64,000 nt of DNA from Longimicrobiales bacterium (GTDB lineage: Bacteria; Gemmatimonadota; Gemmatimonadetes; Longimicrobiales; RSA9). The stretch is from the NCBI GenBank assembly GCA_046483065.1, contig JAWODW010000052.1:24666-88665 (forward strand), written 5' to 3'. The notes beneath the pieces are model-generated. The model did no database searches. It saw only the letters and a program-made list of their open reading frames with translations, and was not told the origin of the DNA. Both the position numbers and the translations under genes were made by a program. Below, piece by piece: positions 8,372 to 16,917 of the stretch; positions within the stretch are counted from its first letter, which is position 1; every line of letters begins with the position of its first letter.

Positions 8372-9487
8372 ATGAGCTCGAGCCATCAGATCATCCTCCG
8401 TCTGTTGCTCGCCATCGCGGGGGCAGGAATCGGGCCTGTGGCGGCGATGGGGCAAGCGTCGGGCGAAAGCGCCGGGACGAGCGCAGCCGACTCGGTGCGA
8501 CTGCGCGTGTTCCCCCTGCCCGTGGTTTTCTACACTCCCGAGACGCGTTTCGCCGGGGGTGCGTCGGCGTTGATCACGCACCGGCAGCCGGGAGCGGAGC
8601 GGCCTACGGCGGCGAGCGTCACGGCCATCTACACGCAGAACCGCCAGGCCATGCTCGAGTTTTCCATGGAGGGGTACCCCGGTGACGGGGCGTATCACTA
8701 CGGGGGCCGCGGCGCGCACCAGCGGTTCCCGGATGTGGCGTACGCTCTCGGGAACCGGAGCGACCCGGAGGACCGGGAGGAATACACCCATGTCGGCACG
8801 TCCTTCACCCTGGATCTGGGTCGGCGCGTGAAGCCGGGCGTCTACGCGGGGGGTGGGCTCCGGGTCAGCCGGGACGAGCTGACGGATCTCGAGGGCGGTG
8901 GCCCTCTCTCCTCGGGTGCGCTGCCGGGGGCGGTGGGCGGGACGATCTGGGGGGCGAGCGGCCGGGTCACCGTGGACACCCGCGACCACGTCTTCATCCC
9001 CTCGGGCGGTGCCCTCGTCACCCTTGACGTCCGGGCGCACCCCGAGGCGATGGGCGGCGACTATGCCTTCGTGCGCTACTCCCTGGACGGACGGCGCTAC
9101 CTGCTCCTCGGGAGCGCCGTCCTCGGTTTCCAGGCCCTCCTGTCCGGGACCGCCGGAGAGGCCCCCTTCCGCTCGCTGCCGGCTCTCGGGGGCCCGAACC
9201 TCCTCCGCGGCTATTTCGGCGGCCGGTTCCGCGACCGGAACATGGTGGTCCTCCAGTCCGAGTACCGGCTCCCCGTTCACAGGCGCTTCGGCCTGGTGGC
9301 CTTCGCCGGCACCGGCCAGGTTTCGTCGGAGCTCTCGGCCATGCGACTCGACGGCTTCCACGCCGCCGGTGGACTCGGGTTCCGATTCCTCCTCGACCCC
9401 CGGGAGGGCGTCAATCTCCGCATCGATTACGGTCTCGGCGAGGGCGGCGCCTCCGGGCTCTACATCACGGTCACCGAGGCGTTCTGA
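8372..9487 (+). CDS. Omp85/BamA-like (surface antigen D15 family) outer-membrane beta-barrel protein
   Basis: 371-aa ORF with a signal peptide. C-terminal barrel pattern GGPNLLRGYFGGRFRD...GLGFRFLL...LRIDYGLGEGGASGLYITVTEAF, ending in F. Confidence 0.75.
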   Translation: MSSSHQIILRLLLAIAGAGIGPVAAMGQASGESAGTSAADSVRLRVFPLPVVFYTPETRFAGGASALITHRQPGAERPTAASVTAIYTQNRQAMLEFSMEGYPGDGAYHYGGRGAHQRFPDVAYALGNRSDPEDREEYTHVGTSFTLDLGRRVKPGVYAGGGLRVSRDELTDLEGGGPLSSGALPGAVGGTIWGASGRVTVDTRDHVFIPSGGALVTLDVRAHPEAMGGDYAFVRYSLDGRRYLLLGSAVLGFQALLSGTAGEAPFRSLPALGGPNLLRGYFGGRFRDRNMVVLQSEYRLPVHRRFGLVAFAGTGQVSSELSAMRLDGFHAAGGLGFRFLLDPREGVNLRIDYGLGEGGASGLYITVTEAF

Positions 9488-9676
9488 GCCGGGGTGAGGC
9501 CCCCCGAGCGGCAGGTGCTTCCAGTCGGACGCCGGGTCGGAGACCGGGTCGGCGCACGGTCGTGACGGGGCGCCGGACGCCGTGGCGATGGTCTACCTGC
9601 ACGACCACAAGATCTTGGCTCCCAGTATGATACGCCGTTTCACCTCACGTCGTTTCGGGAGCCGTGGCAGGTCGCC

Positions 9677-11704
9677 TCACAGCTCCTGCCGGCGGAGCAG
9701 CTGTGCGTTGGCGGCCACGATCACGGTGCTCATGGACATGAGGACTGCGCCTACTGCCGGGTGGAGGAGAACGCCCCACGCGAAGGCTGCGCCTGCGGCC
9801 AGAGGCAGGGCGAAGATGTTGTATCCGGCGGCCCACCAGAGGTTCTGGATCATCTTCCGGTAGGTGGCGCGGCTGAGGGCGATGATGCGTGGGATGTCGT
9901 TGGGGTCGCTGCGTACCAGGACGATGTCGCCGGCCTCGACGGCCACGCCGGTCCCGGCGCCGATGGCGATGCCCACGTGTGCGGTGACGAGAGCGGGGGC
10001 ATCGTTGACGCCGTCGCCGACCATGGCCACCCTCCTGCCCTGGTCGCGGAGCTGCTGGATCTTGTCGGCCTTCTCGTCGGGGAGCACGCCGGCGAACACG
10101 GTGTCGATGCCGAGCTCCTCGGCCACGGCGTCGGCCACGGCCTGGGCGTCGCCGGTGAGCATGACCACTTCGATGCCGGCGTCGTGGAGTGCGTTGACGG
10201 CGTCATAGGCTTCGTCGCGGATGGCGTCGGCCACGGCGAAGGCGGCGAGGGGCTGGCGGTCCTCGATGAGGAAGACCACGGTCTGCCCCCGGTCGGCGGC
10301 CTGGCTCTCGAACTGCCGGAGCGCGTCGGTGGGCTCCACGTCGAGCTCATCCAGGAGTGCGGGCCCGCCCACATGGAGGGCCCGGTCCTCGACGGTAGCC
10401 TTCACCCCGTGGCCGGGGATGTTCTCGAACTGGTCGGCCGCCGGGATCTCGAGCTCTCGCTCTCGTGCGGTCTCCACGATCCCCCGTGCGATGGTGTGCT
10501 CGGAGTCCCGTTCGGCGCCGGCGGCCAGCCGGAGCGCGTCATCGTCGGAGAGGTCCCCGGCGGTCTCGATGGCGGCCACGCGGAACTCGCCCCGGGTGAG
10601 GGTGCCCGTCTTGTCGAAGACCACGGCGTCGAGGGTTCGTGCCTCCTCGAGCCCCCTGCGGTCGCGGACGAGGAGGCCGTTCTGCGCGCCGAGGGTGGTG
10701 GAGATGGCGATGACGAGGGGGATGGCGAGTCCGAGGGCGTGGGGGCAGGCGATGACGAGGACTGTGACCACCCGTTTGATGGTGAACGGTGCGTCGGCGC
10801 CGACGGCGGTCCAGACCACAGCGGTGATGAGGGCAGCAGAGACGGCCACGATGGTGAGCCAGAAGGCGGCGCGATCGGCCAGGTTCTGGGCCCTGGAGCG
10901 GGACTGCTGGGCTTCCTCGACCATGCGCATGATCCCGGCGAGGGCGGTCTCCTCGCCGGTACCGGTGACCTCGACCCTGAGGGAGCCCTCCCCGTTCACG
11001 GTCCCGGCGATGACCTCGTCGCCCTCCCCCTTCCCCACCGGTTTCGACTCGCCCGTGACCATGGACTCGTTCACGCCGCTCTCGCCGCTGACGACAGTGC
11101 CATCGGCCGGGACGCTGTCTCCGGGTCGGACGAGGACCACATCGCCTGCCTCGAGCTCCTCGATGGGGACCTCCTCGGTCTCCCCGTCGTCGGTGACGCG
11201 CTGGGCGGTGGAGGGCATGAGTTTGGCCAGTTCCTTGAGGGCGCCGTGGGCCCGGGAGATGGAGCGCATCTCGATCCAGTGGCCGAGGAGCATGATGGTG
11301 ACCAGCGTGGCCAGCTCCCACCACAGCGGCTGGGCGTCGAAGCCGAGGGTGACGGCCAGGCTGAAGGCGAACGCCACGGTGATGGCCAGGGCGATGAGCG
11401 TCATCATCCCCGGGAGCCGGTCCTTCAGCTCGTCGTATGCCCCCTGGATGAAGACGCGGCCGCCGTAAACCAGCACGGCGGTCCCGAAGACCGGCGGGAT
11501 GTAAGCGGAGCCGGGGAAGGTCGGCGCGGTGTAGCCCAGCCAGTCCTGGAGGTTCTGTCCCCAGAACAGGGTCGGCAGCGTCAGGGCCAGCGACCACCAG
11601 AACCGGTCCCGGAACCTGGCTGCGTGGCCTTCGTGGCCATTGTGGTTGTTCGAGCCGTCGTGGTCCTCGTGTTCGTCGTTGTGGTGCTGGTTCGGTTCAC
11701 TCAC
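9677..11704 (-). CDS. copB: Heavy-metal (copper) translocating P1B-type ATPase, CopB-like (CPH motif, His-rich N-terminus)
   Basis: 675 aa. N-terminus SEPNQHHNDEHEDHDGSNNHNGHEGH, TM motif IACPHALGLAIP, DKTGTLT, GDGVNDAPAL. GTG start at 11704 with AAGGAG 6 nt upstream. Confidence 0.9.
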   Translation of the reverse strand: MSEPNQHHNDEHEDHDGSNNHNGHEGHAARFRDRFWWSLALTLPTLFWGQNLQDWLGYTAPTFPGSAYIPPVFGTAVLVYGGRVFIQGAYDELKDRLPGMMTLIALAITVAFAFSLAVTLGFDAQPLWWELATLVTIMLLGHWIEMRSISRAHGALKELAKLMPSTAQRVTDDGETEEVPIEELEAGDVVLVRPGDSVPADGTVVSGESGVNESMVTGESKPVGKGEGDEVIAGTVNGEGSLRVEVTGTGEETALAGIMRMVEEAQQSRSRAQNLADRAAFWLTIVAVSAALITAVVWTAVGADAPFTIKRVVTVLVIACPHALGLAIPLVIAISTTLGAQNGLLVRDRRGLEEARTLDAVVFDKTGTLTRGEFRVAAIETAGDLSDDDALRLAAGAERDSEHTIARGIVETARERELEIPAADQFENIPGHGVKATVEDRALHVGGPALLDELDVEPTDALRQFESQAADRGQTVVFLIEDRQPLAAFAVADAIRDEAYDAVNALHDAGIEVVMLTGDAQAVADAVAEELGIDTVFAGVLPDEKADKIQQLRDQGRRVAMVGDGVNDAPALVTAHVGIAIGAGTGVAVEAGDIVLVRSDPNDIPRIIALSRATYRKMIQNLWWAAGYNIFALPLAAGAAFAWGVLLHPAVGAVLMSMSTVIVAANAQLLRRQEL

Positions 11705-11720
11705 GGTGTCTCCTTGCGGC

Positions 11721-13568
11721 TCAGAACGGGAAGAAGATGGGGATCACGAAGGTGGCGGCGGCGGCGATCAGGAGCCCCAGGGGGGTGCCCACGCGGACGA
11801 AGTCGGTGAACCGGTACCCGCCGGGGCCGTAGACGAAGATATTGGTCTGGTAGCCGATGGGCGTCATGAAGGCATTGGACGCGCCGAACATGACGGCCAC
11901 TACGAACGGGAGTGGCGAGAGCTCCAGCGCCGCCGCGGTGGCCACGGCAATGGGCGTCAGGACAACGGCGGCACCGTTGTTACTGATCACCGACGTGAAA
12001 CCCATGGTCAGGAGGAAGAAGGCGGCGAGGATCCCGTGGGGCCCCAGCGGTCGCGTGAGGTCGAGGACGCCGGCGGCGAGAAACTCGGCGGCGCCGGTGT
12101 TCTGCATGGCGATGCCCAGGGGCAGGATGGCGCCCAGGAGGATGACCACCATCCAGTCCATCTCGCTGTACGCCTCTTCCGGGGTCAGGCAGCCGGTGAG
12201 GAACATGGCCACCACGCCGATGAAGGCCGAGACCATGATCCGGGTGATGCCCAGCGCCGGGAAGAGTACCACGCCGAGGAGGATGGGGATGGCGAACTTC
12301 AGCTTGGACCGTCGTTTTTCCGGGATATCCAGTGCCTGGAGGAGGGCCACCTGCTCGCTCTCGTGGGCCTCCCGCAGCGCCCGGGCCGGCGCCGATACCA
12401 GGAGGATATCGCCGCCCTGGAGCTCCACCGAGACCAGGGGCTTCTGGAGCGGGTGCCCGTGGCGCAGGATGGCCAGGACGGTCAGGCCGAACTGACGCTC
12501 GAAGTGGGCCCGCTGCAGGGTGGATCCCACCAGCGGCGAGTGGGGCGGGATCATGACCTCGGCCAGCTCCGCCTCCTCGGCACTTTCGCTTTCGGCGGCC
12601 TCTGCGGCCACGGCACCGGCCTCCTCCCGGACGCTGGAGATCTCCACACCGTGCTTCTTCCGGATCTCGGCGATATGGGGGATGCTGCCCTCCACGAGCA
12701 GCATGTCTCCGCCGCGGATGACGGTATCCGGTCCGGGGTCGTTCACCACGGTGTCATCGCGGTCCAGCCGGAGCACCTCGAGCCCGTGCTGCTTTCCGAA
12801 CTCCGACTCCGCCAGCGTGCGCCCGGCCAGTGGCGAGTCCTCCTCCACGATCAGGGCGGTCAGGTACTCGTGGAGCTCGTACGTCTTCAGGAGCTCGGCC
12901 GACGCTTCCCGGTCGGGGATCAGCCGGCGTCCCACGGTCAGGATGTAGCCGACCCCGATGGCCACCAGGATCAGCGCGGGTGGCGTGATGTCGAAGAGGC
13001 GGATCCGCTCCACCCCCAGATCGATGATGAGGCCGGCCACCAGGAGGTTGGTGCTGGTCCCGATGAGGGTCAGGGTACCGCCGAGCTGACCGGAATAGCT
13101 GAGGGGCATGAGGAGCCGCGAGGGCGGAACGTCCATCTCCCGGGTAAGCCCGATGATCATGGGCAGGAGTATGGCCACGGCGGCCGTGTTGTTGATGAAC
13201 GCGCTCATGGGGACCACCACGGCCACGATCAGGACCAGGAGCCGGAGCTCCCTGCCTTGGGCGAGGCGTGCGATCCGGGAGCCGAGCACGTCCACGAACC
13301 CGGTGCGGAGCAGCCCGGCGGAGAGGATCAGCATGAGGGCCACCGTGATCGTGGCCTCGTTGGAGAAGCCCGCCACGGCCTCGTCGGGCGTGATCAGCCC
13401 CAGCACCAGGAGCAGCGCGAGGACGATGAGCGCCACCACATCGAGGCGCAGGCGGTTCCAGATGAAGAGGGCGAGTGCGACGAGGACGATCCCCAGCGTC
13501 ATGCCGATCTCCAGCGTGAACTCCACCTGCTGGAGCTGCTGGAGCGGGACCGTCGCCTCCTGCATCAC
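11721..13568 (-). CDS. SLC13/DASS-family permease with central TrkA-C (RCK C-terminal) domains
   Basis: 615 aa. Hydrophobic N- and C-terminal transporter halves flank two soluble repeats (EEDSPLAGRTLAESEF...VVNDPGPDTVIRGGDMLLVEG and IPPHSPLVGSTLQRAHF...LQGGDILLVSA). Start is GTG 13568 or ATG 13565, overlapping the Usp stop. Confidence 0.85.
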   Translation of the reverse strand: MMQEATVPLQQLQQVEFTLEIGMTLGIVLVALALFIWNRLRLDVVALIVLALLLVLGLITPDEAVAGFSNEATITVALMLILSAGLLRTGFVDVLGSRIARLAQGRELRLLVLIVAVVVPMSAFINNTAAVAILLPMIIGLTREMDVPPSRLLMPLSYSGQLGGTLTLIGTSTNLLVAGLIIDLGVERIRLFDITPPALILVAIGVGYILTVGRRLIPDREASAELLKTYELHEYLTALIVEEDSPLAGRTLAESEFGKQHGLEVLRLDRDDTVVNDPGPDTVIRGGDMLLVEGSIPHIAEIRKKHGVEISSVREEAGAVAAEAAESESAEEAELAEVMIPPHSPLVGSTLQRAHFERQFGLTVLAILRHGHPLQKPLVSVELQGGDILLVSAPARALREAHESEQVALLQALDIPEKRRSKLKFAIPILLGVVLFPALGITRIMVSAFIGVVAMFLTGCLTPEEAYSEMDWMVVILLGAILPLGIAMQNTGAAEFLAAGVLDLTRPLGPHGILAAFFLLTMGFTSVISNNGAAVVLTPIAVATAAALELSPLPFVVAVMFGASNAFMTPIGYQTNIFVYGPGGYRFTDFVRVGTPLGLLIAAAATFVIPIFFPF

Positions 13569-14059
13569 TGCAGCGGTACCACCACCACCGGGCAGGGCGC
13601 CCGCTCCAGCAGGTCATGGGCCGGGTCGGCGCCGAAGAGTCGGGCCAGCGGGCCGTGCTGGTGGTGCCCCACCACCAGGAGCTCGGTCTCCGGGGCCTCT
13701 GCGTGCTCCACGATGGTCTCCACCACCCGACCCTGGCCCACCACCACGCGGAAATCCCGGCCGGGGAACCAGTCCTCGGCGTACGCCCGGGCGTCTTCCT
13801 CGAGGGCCGCGATGATCTCCTCATCCACGACGTCCTCATCGAGGCCGCCCTGGGAGGCCACCAGTTGGGCCGTGTCGAGCTCCACGGCCACGTAGAGGAC
13901 CATCAACTCGAGCCCCAGCGCGTCGCTCAACCCGGCGGCCACTTCAGCGGTGGCCTTCGCCTCCTCCTCGAAGCGGGTGGCCAGAACCACCCGCCCGGTC
14001 CCGGCGGGTCCACCGCCCCGGGGTGCATCCTCCGTCGTGCCGTCCTGTTCTCTGCTCAT
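13565..14059 (-). CDS. Universal stress protein (UspA family)
   Basis: Tail of ORF 13565..14707 from ATG 14059 (MSREQDG...). Usp C-terminal signature LLVVGHHQHGPLARLFGADPAHDLLERAPCPVVVVP. ATGA overlap with the upstream gene. Confidence 0.85.
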   Translation of the reverse strand: MSREQDGTTEDAPRGGGPAGTGRVVLATRFEEEAKATAEVAAGLSDALGLELMVLYVAVELDTAQLVASQGGLDEDVVDEEIIAALEEDARAYAEDWFPGRDFRVVVGQGRVVETIVEHAEAPETELLVVGHHQHGPLARLFGADPAHDLLERAPCPVVVVPLQ

Positions 14060-14778
14060 GCGTTCTCCCTTTCTCCCTCCGTCGGCCGGTCGGGTTTCTC
14101 GACCCCATGTCCGCCGAACATCTTCCAGTTCGCCAGCCGCCCCCATGGCGACCCGATCTCCTCCCAGTTGATCATCTTCTCTGACGGACCCGTCAAGATC
14201 AGGGCCAGCGTCATGGCTACGAAGAACCCGACCACCGCCACCACCACATCGGCGGACACGAGTCCGACCTCTGCCCGAGCCATGGCATGGGCCACGCTGG
14301 CGGCCGGCTCGGGGTGGACCTGGAGCTTGAGTCCCCAGGCCAGGAGGACCACACCGAAGAGGTATCCGTAGTTGCGGCGCAGCCGGTAGCCCACGGCCTG
14401 CCAGAGGCTGAGGTGCGGGACGGTCCGGCTCAGGTCCTCGAGGATCTCCTGGAACCCCGGCTCCGAGACCTTCTGGCTCCCCTCCAGCGCCGGGGCAATC
14501 AGGTAGCGGTTCAGGGAGTGGAACTGGCGCCGCCAGCGGTCGTACGCCTGGTAGCGGCGGGACTCCATGAGCAGGAATACCCCATCGAAGAACAGCGCAA
14601 TGAGAAGCACGAAGTGGGGTGAGCTGGCCGTCGAGAAAGCGAACGTGATCATCCCGGCGGTGGTGGCCGCCGCCCAGTTGGTGGTGGCATCCATCCGCTG
14701 GCGCCACACGTCGGCGTGTCCCACCACGGCCCGGTAGAAGTGTGTGAGGGTCGGGTCGCTGAGATCAGGCTTCGCCAT
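14056..14778 (-). CDS. DUF2270-like integral membrane protein
   Basis: Tail of ORF 14056..15012 from ATG 14778 (MAKPDLSDPTLTHFYRAVVGHADVWRQRMDATTNWAAATTAG...). Several TM helices. The family name is from memory. Confidence 0.7.
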   Translation of the reverse strand: MAKPDLSDPTLTHFYRAVVGHADVWRQRMDATTNWAAATTAGMITFAFSTASSPHFVLLIALFFDGVFLLMESRRYQAYDRWRRQFHSLNRYLIAPALEGSQKVSEPGFQEILEDLSRTVPHLSLWQAVGYRLRRNYGYLFGVVLLAWGLKLQVHPEPAASVAHAMARAEVGLVSADVVVAVVGFFVAMTLALILTGPSEKMINWEEIGSPWGRLANWKMFGGHGVEKPDRPTEGERENA

Positions 14779-14822
14779 CGCTCTCGGGTCGCTGTGGTCG
14801 GCAGGGTGATCTCTTGCAACCC

Positions 14823-15227
14823 TCAGTCCAGTGAGTCCTCCGCGCTCAGGCTGAGGGCGTAACGGGCGACCTGGGTGACCTCCTCGTCGCTCAGGCTGCC
14901 CCCACCCATGGGCGGCATGGGGGCCGGGTGCTGTACCGGGCGGGAGACGCCCTCCCGGATCAACGCTTCCATCTCCTGCTGGCTCGGTCGGCCGTCCTCG
15001 AAGTTGATCCATTCCGAGTCGGTGAGGTCCGGGGCCAGCGGTGTGCCCGTAGCGTCCTGTTTGTGGCAGGTGAAGCAGTTGCCCTTCCCCCGGAAGATGG
15101 CTTCACCGGGGTCCTGCCGGATCGCGACCTCGCCGGGAGTGGCGCCGGTCAGGGTGGCGGGGGGCGCCGCCGCGGCCACGAGGGCCACGGCAGCGGCCAG
15201 CGTCACTGCACTCGTCATACGTCGCAA
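14823..15227 (-). CDS. Class I c-type cytochrome (monoheme, periplasmic)
   Basis: 134 aa. Signal peptide, heme site GNCFTCH, distal Met region HPAPMPPMGGGSLSDEE. Paralog of the 41272..41802 product. Confidence 0.85.
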   Translation of the reverse strand: MRRMTSAVTLAAAVALVAAAAPPATLTGATPGEVAIRQDPGEAIFRGKGNCFTCHKQDATGTPLAPDLTDSEWINFEDGRPSQQEMEALIREGVSRPVQHPAPMPPMGGGSLSDEEVTQVARYALSLSAEDSLD

Positions 15228-15557
15228 GGGTCCCTCCTTCAGAATGCCGAAACGAAGCCGGTGGCCACCCGGTAGCTCTCCCGGTCAAGGTCGTACTGGA
15301 CCTCACCGGTCAGTCGGAAATTGCGGGCCAGAATCGCCTCCGCGTCACGGGGTGACATGGTGAGCGAGGGCGCTACGGCCATGGCGTCCGATATCAGGCC
15401 GAAAATGGCTTTCTGGATCACGACAATACCCCTTGTCAGAATGCTCTTTCCGCGATGAACGTCCGCACCTCGAACATAGGTCCAGGAACCGCTCTTGCGC
15501 GGGAACCTGTCCGGGTACGTGAAGTGGCCTGCTCGTTTCGTGCCGGAGGAGGAGAAG

Positions 15558-16358
15558 ATGCCCGAGCTGCCAGACGTGGAAGTCTTCCGAGGGATCGCCG
15601 AGAACCACGCCCTGCGCCGGCCCATAGGGACGGTGAGCCTTCGCCCGGACGGCATGACCGTGACCTCGGGCGAGTCCACACTCCGGTCGGCGCTCCTGGG
15701 CCATACACTCACCACCACTGCCCGACGCGGCAAGCACCTCTTCCTCCGGTCCGGCGAGGACCGCCACCGCTGGCTCCGGCTCCATTTTGGCATGACCGGC
15801 TCCCTGGTGCCGCTGGCCGAAGACGACGACGAGCCCGACCACACCCGGCTCCGGCTGGAGTTCCGCGGCGGCACCTCCCTGGCGTACCGGTGCCCGCGCA
15901 AATTCGGCGAGATCGGGCTGGTGGACGACCCGGACGATTTCGCCGAGGAGCACGACCTCGGCCCCGATCTCCTGGCCGAAGGGATGGGCCCCGCCATGTT
16001 CCGTCACCGCCTCCAGGGGCGCCGCGGGGGCGTCAAGTCGGCGCTCATGGACCAGGGCCTCGTGGCCGGGCTCGGGAACGTCTACACCGATGAGGTCCTC
16101 TTCCAGGCCGGCCTGCACCCGGAAACACCGGTGGCCGAGCTCTCCGACCGCCGGCTGGAGACGCTGTACCGCATCGCTGTAGAGGTGGTCGAGAAGGCCA
16201 TTGAGAAGGATGTGGATGTGGACCGGCTGCCCCCCGGCTGGCTCCTGCCGAACCGGGAGGACGACGCGCCCTGCCCCCGGGATGATGGCACGATCCGGAA
16301 GTCGGAGGTCAATGGGCGGCCCACCTACCACTGCGACGAGCACCAGCCGCGTCCCTGA
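15558..16358 (+). CDS. Fpg/Nei-family DNA glycosylase (formamidopyrimidine-DNA glycosylase-like)
   Basis: Tail of ORF 15495..16358 from ATG 15558. N-terminus MPELPDVEVFRG, RRGKHLF, H2TH region LMDQGLVAGLGNVYTDEVLFQAGLHP. The C-terminal zinc finger is degenerate (CPRD...CDEH). Confidence 0.85.
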   Translation: MPELPDVEVFRGIAENHALRRPIGTVSLRPDGMTVTSGESTLRSALLGHTLTTTARRGKHLFLRSGEDRHRWLRLHFGMTGSLVPLAEDDDEPDHTRLRLEFRGGTSLAYRCPRKFGEIGLVDDPDDFAEEHDLGPDLLAEGMGPAMFRHRLQGRRGGVKSALMDQGLVAGLGNVYTDEVLFQAGLHPETPVAELSDRRLETLYRIAVEVVEKAIEKDVDVDRLPPGWLLPNREDDAPCPRDDGTIRKSEVNGRPTYHCDEHQPRP

Positions 16359-16371
16359 CACCCGGGAGGTG

Positions 16372-16388
16372 GCCGGCGCCGCGCCGGC
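16372..16388 (+). terminator. Short GC hairpin 14 nt after the fpg-like stop (possible terminator, no U-tract)
   Basis: gccggcg-ccg-cgccggc: perfect 7-bp stem with a 3-nt loop. Confidence 0.2.
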
Positions 16389-16453
16389 ACGGGAATGGCC
16401 CTTGCGCCTCATTCCGGTGAGTTGATGACACGCGCACCACACCAGGAGACCGG

Positions 16454-16891
16454 ATGACCACGAAGACGGAGATCACCGCGCTGAATCACACGGTCACAGA
16501 AACCGATGAGTGGCTGAAAGCGCTCGCCGACCTCGGGCCGTTCGAGAACCAGCAGCAGGCGTACTCCCACTTCCGGGCCGTGCTCCACGCGCTCCGGGAC
16601 CGCCTGACGGTGGAGGAGGCCACACACCTGGCGTCGGAGCTGCCGATGCTGGTCCGGGGCTTCTACTACGAGGGGTGGCGTCCGGCCCTGGCCCCCAACG
16701 ACCAGGAGACCCAGGCCGAGTTCATGGACAAGGTACGGGAGAGCCTGGATGGCCAGATGACCTCGGAGGACGAGCTCCGGGCAGCGGTCAAGGCGGTCTT
16801 CCAGCTCCTCGAGAACCGTATCGAGGAGGGCCAGATCCGGCACGTCCGGGCCCAGCTCCCCGAGCAGATCGAGGCGCTCTGGGAGGGCTGA
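16454..16891 (+). CDS. DUF2267 domain-containing protein
   Basis: 145-aa ORF. Contains AYSHFRAVLHALRDRLTVEEATHLASELPMLVRGFYYEGWRP, typical of DUF2267 (family name from memory). Confidence 0.7.
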   Translation: MTTKTEITALNHTVTETDEWLKALADLGPFENQQQAYSHFRAVLHALRDRLTVEEATHLASELPMLVRGFYYEGWRPALAPNDQETQAEFMDKVRESLDGQMTSEDELRAAVKAVFQLLENRIEEGQIRHVRAQLPEQIEALWEG

Positions 16892-16917
16892 CCTCCAGGA
16901 CCTGACCGGGGGGCGGT

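Noticed and set aside
9761-11809. 682-aa plus-strand ORF
   Set aside because: It is entirely antisense to the well-supported CopB ATPase gene. The translation is Gly/Asp/His/Arg-rich low complexity with no motifs, a typical high-GC antisense artefact.
11640-13895. 751-aa plus-strand ORF, plus similar long ORFs at 3173..4606, 17950..19752, 33380..34639, 44868..46577, 50338..52089, 53953..55647, 59610..61628 and 62300..63682
   Set aside because: Each lies antisense to, or in an alternate frame of, a gene with clear family signatures and has a biased Arg/Pro/Gly/His composition. Stop codons are rare in non-coding frames at about 70% GC.
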